DNA of 64,000 bases from Mageeibacillus sp. UBA5734 (lineage in GTDB: Bacteria; Bacillota; Clostridia; Saccharofermentanales; UBA5734). The translations under genes and the position numbers were made by a program. The notes under the pieces were generated by a model. It did no database searches and was not told the DNA's origin. It worked only from the letters and a program-made list of their open reading frames with translations. Below, in pieces: positions 34,241-42,217 of the stretch; position 1 is the first letter of the stretch; each line of letters starts with the position of its first letter. The DNA is taken from NCBI GenBank assembly GCA_002419365.1, contig DIGA01000060.1:3499-67498 (forward strand), written 5' to 3'.

Positions 34241-35193
34241 GCGGTCACCTTCTTTTTGCTGCTCAAGAGCTTGACCTGGCGGTCAATCAGCGGGGCAAAC
34301 GAATTGGCGATCAGGATGGCGAACATAATGCCTTCGGTAAAAAGCGAGAAGGACCGGATGACCAGGGTCGCCAGCCCAATCAGGATGCCGTAGAGCCATT
34401 TGGCTGTTTCATGGGATGGGGCTGACACCGGATCGGTTGTCATGAAAACTGTGCCATAGAGGAAACCACCAGACAGCAGCATGAAAACGGGATCTGCTTC
34501 AACGATGCCAGTTGCATAGAGGATCGTGCCACCGATCAGAAAACTGGCTGCTGTCCCTAGCATGATTTTCCAGGAGGCAGTCTTGGTCACCAGCAGATAG
34601 ATCGCAGCCAGAAGAATCAGCAGGGCGCTGGTCTCGCCGAGCGAGCCAGGGATGAAGCCTGTGAACAGGTCCATTGTCTGGGCCCGGATCCCCTGGTTGT
34701 TGAGGTCCAGGATCGGGGTGGCCATGGTCATGACATCGATCCCGCCGGAATACTGGATCAGACCGCCTGGAAAACCTGTGAAGGGCTTCGACCAGTTGAC
34801 GGTCATGTAGGCTGGGAAGGCGATGTAGATCATGCAGCGTCCGACCAACGCAGGATTGAAGATGTTTTTGCCAAATCCGCCGAAAGCTGCCTTGCCAAAA
34901 ATGATGCCGAAGGCGATGCCGACCATCGCGACCCAGTAGGGCGTCGCTGGCGGCAAGCTCAGGGTGAAGAGCAGGCAGGAAACGAGCACGGCCTCCGACA
35001 CCTTGGTCTTGTCACCGGTAACGAGCCGCATGAAAGCGTATTCGCAGGCTATCCCCGTGGCCAAAACCACCGCCAGCAAAAACAAGGTTCTAAAACCAAA
35101 CAAGTAGATGGAAAATAAGAGAAGTGGCAGCAAGCTGATCCAGACACGTGTCATGAGCTTCTGCTTCTGGAAATAGGGCGAGAGTTTGACCAT
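34237..35193 (-). CDS. nqrB: NqrB/RnfD-type membrane subunit (Rnf-sized, 318 aa)
   Basis: Polytopic, with the FGGFGKNIFNPALVGR motif and the FMN-attachment-like DVMTMATPIL. First gene of the operon. Confidence 0.8.
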   Translation of the reverse strand: MVKLSPYFQKQKLMTRVWISLLPLLLFSIYLFGFRTLFLLAVVLATGIACEYAFMRLVTGDKTKVSEAVLVSCLLFTLSLPPATPYWVAMVGIAFGIIFGKAAFGGFGKNIFNPALVGRCMIYIAFPAYMTVNWSKPFTGFPGGLIQYSGGIDVMTMATPILDLNNQGIRAQTMDLFTGFIPGSLGETSALLILLAAIYLLVTKTASWKIMLGTAASFLIGGTILYATGIVEADPVFMLLSGGFLYGTVFMTTDPVSAPSHETAKWLYGILIGLATLVIRSFSLFTEGIMFAILIANSFAPLIDRQVKLLSSKKKVTA

Positions 35194-35354
35194 AAAACCT
35201 CCGAGTCAAGATTGTCCGTCAAGTACAAAACCAGGAACAAGGCCAGGAGTCATCAAACAAGCCATTATTCAAAAAAACGAAGCACCCTCACTCAACCAGC
35301 CAGACCTGCTTCCTTGGAATTATTCTAAATAACTTCCAGCCGCTTGAAAAGACT

Positions 35355-35383
35355 TTGTGACAAAATCACAATCCGGGTATAAT
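35355..35383 (+). promoter_or_regulatory. Promoter (TTGTGA - 17 nt - TATAAT) whose -35 is the left arm of the inverted repeat TTGTGA-N5-TCACAA
   Basis: Inverted repeat at 35355-35371 and -10 at 35378-35383, in the divergent region between nqrB and the small membrane-protein gene. Confidence 0.5.
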
Positions 35384-35422
35384 CAACCAAAATATGAAAA
35401 GTGACACCATTGGGAGGCGACT

Positions 35423-35815
35423 ATGAGAGTATTCAGGTTAATTTTATTTTCGATGCATGTACTGGTCGGAATCGGGGCGCTGGTCGGAGGATTTGCTGCC
35501 ATATTGAATCCCTATGAACCGTTAGGCATGACGACCGATGCCTTGAAGGACTCTCCGTTTGATACGTACTTGATCCCTGGGCTGATCTTGCTGGTGTTGT
35601 TAGGCATTGGCAATCTTCTCAGTGCAGGCATGTTTGTCCTGAAATGGCGCTTGCAAGGTTTTCTCAGTGGTTTTTTCAGCGCAACGCTCGTGTTCTGGAT
35701 TGTTATCCAGTGCCTCCTGCTCAGGTCGATCGCTTTTCAGCACATCCTTTTTTTTGGCGTGGGCACCCTCATGGGCCTGCTCTCCCTGACTTTGATTTTC
35801 GACCAGCGTAACTGA
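35423..35815 (+). CDS. Hypothetical small membrane protein (4 predicted TM helices)
   Basis: 130 aa and strongly hydrophobic. GGGAGG RBS. Confidence 0.6.
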   Translation: MRVFRLILFSMHVLVGIGALVGGFAAILNPYEPLGMTTDALKDSPFDTYLIPGLILLVLLGIGNLLSAGMFVLKWRLQGFLSGFFSATLVFWIVIQCLLLRSIAFQHILFFGVGTLMGLLSLTLIFDQRN

Positions 35816-35870
35816 AAGGCACCCCTGCCGTCCCCTGCGGTGTATACTGAAATAGATAGGGGATGATTGC

Positions 35871-36572
35871 ATGGCTTTTATCGAGATGATCGATTGTCAT
35901 AAGCGCTACCACATGGGCAGCACGACGATCGTTGCCAATAACGGGATTGATTTCGGGATTGAAAAGGGTGAATTCGCAGTGATTGTCGGTCCTTCCGGGG
36001 CTGGCAAATCGACCGTGCTCAACATTCTGGGCGGCATGGATACGTGTGATGAGGGGCAGGTCCTGGTCGACGGTCGGGATATCGCTCGCCTCTCCCAGCG
36101 GGATCTGACGACCTACCGGCGCCTGTCGATTGGCTTCGTCTTCCAGTTCTACAATCTGATGCCCAATCTGACGACCCTGGAGAATGTTGAGCTTTCGGCT
36201 TCGATCGTCCCGGGAGCCAAGGATCCGGAGCTCGTCCTGCAGCAGGTCGGTCTCGGCCACCGGCTGGATAATTTTCCGGCCCAGCTGTCCGGTGGCGAGC
36301 AACAGCGGGTCGCGATCGCACGAGCCCTGGCCAAGAATCCCAAAATGCTCCTGGCCGATGAACCGACCGGCGCTCTCGACTACCATACGGGCAAGGAAAT
36401 CCTCAAGTTGCTGCAGCAGACGTGCCACGAGACGGGCACCACAGTCATCGTGATCACTCACAACCAGGCGATCACGCCGATCGCCGACCGCATCATTGAA
36501 ATCAACGACGCCAAGGTGCGGCGGGTTACACACAACGAAAATCCCCTTTCCATCGATGCGATTGAATGGTAG
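35871..36572 (+). CDS. MacB/LolD-type ABC transporter ATP-binding protein
   Basis: Walker [17 protein letters not shown]-loop region, signature LSGGEQQR, Walker [12 protein letters not shown]. Confidence 0.9.
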   Translation: MAFIEMIDCHKRYHMGSTTIVANNGIDFGIEKGEFAVIVGPSGAGKSTVLNILGGMDTCDEGQVLVDGRDIARLSQRDLTTYRRLSIGFVFQFYNLMPNLTTLENVELSASIVPGAKDPELVLQQVGLGHRLDNFPAQLSGGEQQRVAIARALAKNPKMLLADEPTGALDYHTGKEILKLLQQTCHETGTTVIVITHNQAITPIADRIIEINDAKVRRVTHNENPLSIDAIEW

Positions 36573-36582
36573 GCGATCCTTC

Positions 36583-39500
36583 ATGCAGGGACGAACAACC
36601 AAACGATTGATCAAACGGGCACTTTTCCTGGATATCCGCCGGGAGTTTGCCAAATCTGTCACACGCTTCCTGTCCATCCTGATCATGATCGCGCTGGGAT
36701 CGTTTATTTTTGTCGGTCTCTACGTCACAGGTCCGACCATGCGCAGGACGGTCCTGACTTTTGTTGAAAAAAACAACCTGCAAGATCTCATCGTCAGCAC
36801 ACCTTTCGGGCTGGAAAGTGCCGACAAGGTTTTGCTGGCTGCGCTCCCCGGAGTCTCAGTCCTGGATTACAATTACCGGACGGACGTGATGATCCAGGAT
36901 ACCGACACGGTGGTTCGACTCGAAGGTCTGTCTGTCTTGCCAGGGTATGAAATCACCAGCGGCCGGCTGCCTGGAAAGGCAGGCGAAATCGCGCTCGATG
37001 CCGAGATGATCACGGCAGGATTTGCCCTCGATGATGTCATTCGTTTTGCCCCCGAGCAGTTCGGTGACGAAGATGTGCTGAAGCAGTTCTCTTTTACAGT
37101 GACCGGATTTGTCCTGTCGCCCGAATATCTCGCTCTCGACAACAAAGGCACCGCTTCCATCGGCAATGGCAAAGTCCATTACTTCGGCGTCCTGGTGCCA
37201 GAGAGCTTCAATCTGGAGAACCACAGCCTGGCACGGCTGCAATTCGCTGATGTTATGGGCCTCGACAGCTACTCGGACCTGTACAAGACCCGGATACTGG
37301 CCCATGTCGACGAACTGGACCAGGTTTTTGCTTCCCGCCCGGAGATCCGCCTGGCACGCTACCAGCGCGAAGGCCTGGCTGAAATCGTTTCTGCCGAGGG
37401 GGATTTAACCGAAGCGGAGCAAGAGCTGGTCGATGCGAGGCAAAAGCTCCTGGACGCCCGGGCAGATCTCGACCAGGGATTGCTCGATTACGAAGAGGGC
37501 AAGGCCACCTTCGAGCAGGAAATCCGGAACGCACGGGCGAAAATCAAGGATGGCGAAGCCGAACTGGTGGATGCCAAAGCAACCCTGGATGACGGCTGGT
37601 CCAAGCTGATCGATGGCGAACAGGAGCTGGCCGATGGCTGGAAAGACTACGAAAAAGGCAAAGATGAACTCGAAGAAGGCGAAGAACAACTGGCGGAAGG
37701 CCAGGCTCAGCTGGACGCTGCCCAGGCAGAAATCGACAGCCAGCAGCAGATTTTAGACCAGCAACGCCTGGAAGTTGAAACGGGCCTTCAAGCCATCAAC
37801 GACGGTCTCGTCCAAGCCGGGCTGTCAACCGATAATGATGCTGTGGACAGCCAGATGCTGCTGCTCGAGGGGCAGATCGTAACATTGGACGCTCAGATCC
37901 TGGCTGCTGAGCAAGCGTTGCGTGATGTGGCGACAGCTTTGGTCGCTGCAGGATACACCCCTGTCTCAGAAGACCCGCTGGTGATGGACTCTGAGGCCAT
38001 CGAACAGTCTGCAGCCGAACGGACGGCGGAAAAGGCCCTTCTGGATGCACAGTTGGTCGAACTCGAAGCCATCCTGGCTGACGAACTTGCCACTGAAGAA
38101 GAAAAACAGGCAGCAGAAACAGAAATTGCGGCGGTCGAAGATCAGATCACTGCAATGAACTCAGAGCTGACGCTTTTGACGAACTATTTACAGGCCGAGG
38201 CGACGGTTACTGCTCTGGTCGTAGCCAGGACAAACCTGGCCACCCTGCTGGAGCTGCTGCAAAACAAATCCACCCTGCTCGCAGCCCAGGCGCAGTTGGA
38301 AGCCGGTCAGGCGCAGCTTGACCAGGGCCAGGCGGAACTCGATGCCCAGGTGAAGCTTTTCAATGAGAAGGTCAGGGAATACGAAGCGGGTGTGGCTGAG
38401 CTTGCAGCGGCCAGGAAAAAACTCGACGAAGGTGCGGCCGAGTTGGCTGATGCACGAGCTGAACTAGAAGATGGCCAGGCGGACTACGAGCAAGGTCTCA
38501 GGGATCTGGAGGAAGCGCGGCAAACGCTGGTTCGTGAGCAGGCCAAGGGAAAGCAGGAGCTGGCAGATGCTTATCAGGAGCTGCTCGATGGCGAATTGGA
38601 ATATGAAGAGGGACTGGCAGAGTATAACGACAAATTGCCGGGTGCTCAGGAGGATATTGCCGAGGGCAAAGTAGACATCGCTGCGGCCAGGCGCCAGCTG
38701 GCCAGGCTCAAGGTGCCTGATTACACGATTCAGGATCGCTACAAAGACCCGGGGTTTTTCCAGTTCATAGAAAATTCGGAGAGCATGGATTTCCTGTCCT
38801 ACATTTTCCCGGTTTTCTTTTTCCTGATTGCCCTGCTCGTTTCCCTGACAACCATGACCCGCATGGTCGATGAGCAGCGCCTGCAGATCGGTACGCTCAA
38901 GGCCTTGAGTTATTCCAACTGGGACATCGTCAGCAAATATCTCTTGTATGGCAGCCTGCCGAGCCTTGTCGGCAGCCTCCTGGGGGTCGTTGCCGGACAC
39001 AAGATCCTGATGCCGACTGTGTTCATGGCTTATTCGTCCAATTTCATCTTCAACGAAGAAATACCGGACTTGCCCATCATCTACAGCATCCTTGCCGTCC
39101 TGATCAGCCTGCTTTGCACGGGCCTGGTTGCGCTGATAACCACGTACTCTTCACTCAAGGAAAATGTCGCCTCGCTGTTGCGGCCCAAGGCACCGAAAGC
39201 CGGAACCCGCATCCTGCTGGAGCGGATCACACCGGTTTGGAAGCGTCTGTCTTTCCATAGCAAAGTGACGGCCAGGAACATTTTCCGCTTTAAAAAGCGC
39301 ATGATGATGACGATTCTCGGTGTGTCGGGCTGTGCCGCCCTGATTTTCATGGGCTTTGGCATCCGCGACTCGATCGGGTCGATCATTCCCAAACAGTATG
39401 GCGACCTGTTCCGTTATGACACTCTGGTCATCTTCGATGATGAGGCTGATCCAGCAGATTTGAAAGCCTATCAGGAACTGCTGGATGGTGATAGCCGGAT

Positions 39501-40392
39501 CAGCCAGATCTACCCGGCACGGATTGAGCAGGGCATCATCGCGGTCCCTGGCAAGCTCGACCAGGACATCACGCTGGTCGTGCCAGCTGATGCGACGCAA
39601 TTTGCCGAAATCAATGTGCTCCGCAGCCGGATCCTGAAGCAGCCACTCCACCTGGACCAGGGGGCAGTGATTTCAGAAAAGATGGCGCTGCTGCTCGGGT
39701 TACGTGCCGGAGACACCCTCGATTATGAAGATCCGGATGGTCAGGTTCGCCCCATTTCCATCGGTGGTGTCACGGAAAATTACACCGGGCATTACCTCTA
39801 CCTTTCAATTGCCGATTATGAGGCTTTATTTGGCAAATCCTACCGGCCAAACAGCGATTTCGTGGTGCTCAATCAGCAGGATCCGGAAACAGCCAGCGCT
39901 TTTTCCCGCGCCATGCTCGACCAGGAGATCGTTTTCAGCGCGATCAGTTCCCGGACCACCGGTGAAACGGTCCACAAGCTGATTGCATCGATGAACATCA
40001 TCGTGCTCGTGATCCTGATCGCCTCTTCCCTGCTCGCCATCGTGGTCCTCTACAACCTGACCAACATCAATGTCTCCGAGCGGATCCGCGAGTTGTCGAC
40101 GATCATGGTCCTGGGCTTCTATCCCAAGGAAGTCACAGCCTATGTCTATCGCGAAACAATGACGCTGACTGCCATGGGTATCCTGGCTGGTTTCGGCTTC
40201 GGCCGCGTGCTGCATTATTTCGTCATCAGTTCGATGGCGCCGTCCAATGTCCTGCTGGACCCTTATGTCTGGTGGAGCACGTATGCCCTCTCGGCTGCCT
40301 TCACCTTTGCCTTCTCCCTGGTCGTCATGCTGATCATGCACAACCGCCTCAAGCACGTCGACATGGTCAGTGCCTTGAAGGCGGTCGAGTAA
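36583..40392 (+). CDS. Fused double FtsX-domain ABC permease (1,269 aa) with very large coiled-coil extracytoplasmic domain
   Basis: ATG at 36583, 10 nt after the ATPase stop. TM1, then an extracytoplasmic region of about 690 aa including a heptad-rich E/A/L/Q/D stretch of about 450 aa (nt ~37350-38720), then TM bundles separated by a second loop of about 200 aa. Confidence 0.85.
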   Translation: MQGRTTKRLIKRALFLDIRREFAKSVTRFLSILIMIALGSFIFVGLYVTGPTMRRTVLTFVEKNNLQDLIVSTPFGLESADKVLLAALPGVSVLDYNYRTDVMIQDTDTVVRLEGLSVLPGYEITSGRLPGKAGEIALDAEMITAGFALDDVIRFAPEQFGDEDVLKQFSFTVTGFVLSPEYLALDNKGTASIGNGKVHYFGVLVPESFNLENHSLARLQFADVMGLDSYSDLYKTRILAHVDELDQVFASRPEIRLARYQREGLAEIVSAEGDLTEAEQELVDARQKLLDARADLDQGLLDYEEGKATFEQEIRNARAKIKDGEAELVDAKATLDDGWSKLIDGEQELADGWKDYEKGKDELEEGEEQLAEGQAQLDAAQAEIDSQQQILDQQRLEVETGLQAINDGLVQAGLSTDNDAVDSQMLLLEGQIVTLDAQILAAEQALRDVATALVAAGYTPVSEDPLVMDSEAIEQSAAERTAEKALLDAQLVELEAILADELATEEEKQAAETEIAAVEDQITAMNSELTLLTNYLQAEATVTALVVARTNLATLLELLQNKSTLLAAQAQLEAGQAQLDQGQAELDAQVKLFNEKVREYEAGVAELAAARKKLDEGAAELADARAELEDGQADYEQGLRDLEEARQTLVREQAKGKQELADAYQELLDGELEYEEGLAEYNDKLPGAQEDIAEGKVDIAAARRQLARLKVPDYTIQDRYKDPGFFQFIENSESMDFLSYIFPVFFFLIALLVSLTTMTRMVDEQRLQIGTLKALSYSNWDIVSKYLLYGSLPSLVGSLLGVVAGHKILMPTVFMAYSSNFIFNEEIPDLPIIYSILAVLISLLCTGLVALITTYSSLKENVASLLRPKAPKAGTRILLERITPVWKRLSFHSKVTARNIFRFKKRMMMTILGVSGCAALIFMGFGIRDSIGSIIPKQYGDLFRYDTLVIFDDEADPADLKAYQELLDGDSRISQIYPARIEQGIIAVPGKLDQDITLVVPADATQFAEINVLRSRILKQPLHLDQGAVISEKMALLLGLRAGDTLDYEDPDGQVRPISIGGVTENYTGHYLYLSIADYEALFGKSYRPNSDFVVLNQQDPETASAFSRAMLDQEIVFSAISSRTTGETVHKLIASMNIIVLVILIASSLLAIVVLYNLTNINVSERIRELSTIMVLGFYPKEVTAYVYRETMTLTAMGILAGFGFGRVLHYFVISSMAPSNVLLDPYVWWSTYALSAAFTFAFSLVVMLIMHNRLKHVDMVSALKAVE

Positions 40393-40422
40393 AGCCAGAG
40401 AAAAAAGCGATGCCTATTGTCG

Positions 40423-41628
40423 TTAAATGCCGTGGCCACAGACACGGGCAGTTTCGCGCGCAATGACGAGTTCTTCTTTGGTGGGGATGACAAGGACCTT
40501 GACGGGTGAATCATCGTCAGAAATGATCGCTTCTGTACCGATGGCCGCGGCATTGCGATAGGGATCGATCGAGATACCCATGAAGCCTAAGTCCTTGCAG
40601 GCGCCATAGCGGATGTCAGGGGCGTTTTCGCCAATACCGGCGGTGAATACGACTGCATCGACGCCACCCATGGTCGAGGTGTAGGCACCGATCAGTTTGC
40701 GGCACTGGTATTTGAAAAGGTCGATCGCCAGGGCTGCCCGCTTGTTGCCCTCACCTGCGGCAGCATAGATGTCGCGCAGATCGGGACTGACACCGGAAAT
40801 GCCGAAAAGGCCGGACTGGTTGTTGAGCAGATTTTCCATGCCGTCGATATCGAGTTGTTCTTTTTCCATCAGGAAGGTGACGATCGCAGGGTCGATGTCG
40901 CCGCTGCGGCTGCACATGGCCAGGCCAGCCAGCGGGGTCAGGCCCATAGACGTATCGACGCTGCGGCCCCGGTCAACGGCAGCGATGGAGGAGCCGAATC
41001 CGAGGTGGCATGTGATGATCTTTAACGTGTCGATCGGTTGGCCCAGAAGTTCGGCTGCACGCTGGCTGATATAGGCATGGGATGTGCCATGGAAACCATA
41101 TTTGCGGACATCGTATTTTTCGTAGAATTCGTATGGCAGAGCGTAGATGGCAGCCTTGTCCGGCATGGTGTGATGGAAAGCCGTGTCAAAGACAGCTACT
41201 TGAGGGACGCCTGGCAGGGCCTTTTCGCAAGCCAGGATGCCCTCCATGCTGGGCGGGTTGTGCAACGGAGCGAGATGATTGTACGCCTCGATGGTGCGCT
41301 TGATCTCAGGGGTGATGATCGCAGGAGCAGTGAATGTCTCACCGCCGTGGACGATGCGATGTCCAACCGCCTCGATCGCACTTTTGTTCTTGATCACGCC
41401 TTGCCTGGTCGAGGTCAAAACCTTGATGACAGCGTTGACAGCTGCTTCAATCGTTGGCAAATCCATAACTGTCGTGACTGGATCAGCATCACGGCGGGCA
41501 AGCGATAGCGATGATTTTCCCAATCCGATCCGGTCGCAGAGGCCCTTGGCCAGCACCTCGCCACTCCCCACCCGGATCAATTGGTATTTCAAAAATGTGC
41601 GATTGGTGTTGATCACTAAAACAAGCAT
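40423..41628 (-). CDS. ackA: Acetate/propionate kinase family protein (AckA-like, divergent PHOSPHATE-1 loop)
   Basis: 401 aa with GHRIVHGG, YGFHGTSH, SRSGDIDP and IPTKEELVIARE motifs. GGGAGG RBS. Confidence 0.8.
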   Translation of the reverse strand: MLVLVINTNRTFLKYQLIRVGSGEVLAKGLCDRIGLGKSSLSLARRDADPVTTVMDLPTIEAAVNAVIKVLTSTRQGVIKNKSAIEAVGHRIVHGGETFTAPAIITPEIKRTIEAYNHLAPLHNPPSMEGILACEKALPGVPQVAVFDTAFHHTMPDKAAIYALPYEFYEKYDVRKYGFHGTSHAYISQRAAELLGQPIDTLKIITCHLGFGSSIAAVDRGRSVDTSMGLTPLAGLAMCSRSGDIDPAIVTFLMEKEQLDIDGMENLLNNQSGLFGISGVSPDLRDIYAAAGEGNKRAALAIDLFKYQCRKLIGAYTSTMGGVDAVVFTAGIGENAPDIRYGACKDLGFMGISIDPYRNAAAIGTEAIISDDDSPVKVLVIPTKEELVIARETARVCGHGI

Positions 41629-41722
41629 ACAGACCTCCCGAACTCATCGAGTCGATAAAAAGAATGATCAGTCAATTATAAACAATCTGAGGCCAAACCT
41701 CCACAAAAAGGACAAAGTGACG

Positions 41723-41777
41723 AAAAAGGGACCGGGTCTCGATATCGGTTTTCGATATCGAGACCCGGTCCCTTTTT
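41723..41777. terminator. Perfect 25-bp-stem hairpin with A5/T5 flanks (bidirectional terminator) between the DUF503 gene and ackA
   Basis: AAAAAGGGACCGGGTCTCGATATCG gtttt CGATATCGAGACCCGGTCCCTTTTT. Confidence 0.75.
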
Positions 41778-41779
41778 GA

Positions 41780-42067
41780 TCAAACCACCAGGATTTCGCG
41801 TTCGATGGTGAGAATTTCCAGGTCGGGCCAGGTTTCGGTGTGGTTTTCGATGGTTTGCAGGAGTTTTTCGAGGATTTTACGGTCGCTGCCTGCGGCGGCC
41901 AGGCCGAGACCAAGGCGGCTGTGCTGATCCTGGAAAGAGATTTCGGCGACGGAGACGGCGAACCGGTGCTGCAGGTCGGCCTTGAGGCGGCTGGCGATGG
42001 ATCGCTTATCCTTGAGGGAATGGCAACTGTAGAGCATCAGGTCGAGCTGCATGACCGCAACATGCAT
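41780..42067 (-). CDS. DUF503-family protein (YlxP-like)
   Basis: About 95 aa. The L...SLKDKR...RF..SVAE pattern is typical of DUF503. AAGGGGGG RBS before the ATG at 42067. Confidence 0.7.
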   Translation of the reverse strand: MHVAVMQLDLMLYSCHSLKDKRSIASRLKADLQHRFAVSVAEISFQDQHSRLGLGLAAAGSDRKILEKLLQTIENHTETWPDLEILTIEREILVV

Positions 42068-42124
42068 GGCGGGCCCCCCTTTCATCCAATTTCACGCTGA
42101 AAAGATCTGGTTCTATTGTATCGC

Positions 42125-42168
42125 AACAAAGCCGCCCGGATCAGGGCTTTGCCTGAATCCGGAGCGGC
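42125..42168 (-). terminator. Imperfect stem-loop plus UUUGUU after ilvB
   Basis: Minus strand reads GCCGCUCCGGAUUCAGG caaag CCCUGAUCCGGGCGGC UUUGUU, with two bulges. Confidence 0.45.
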
Positions 42169-42217
42169 TCTGTAAAGGTGTGCGAGTGGGGAGCTGGAAA
42201 CTGAGACCGGGTCCCTG

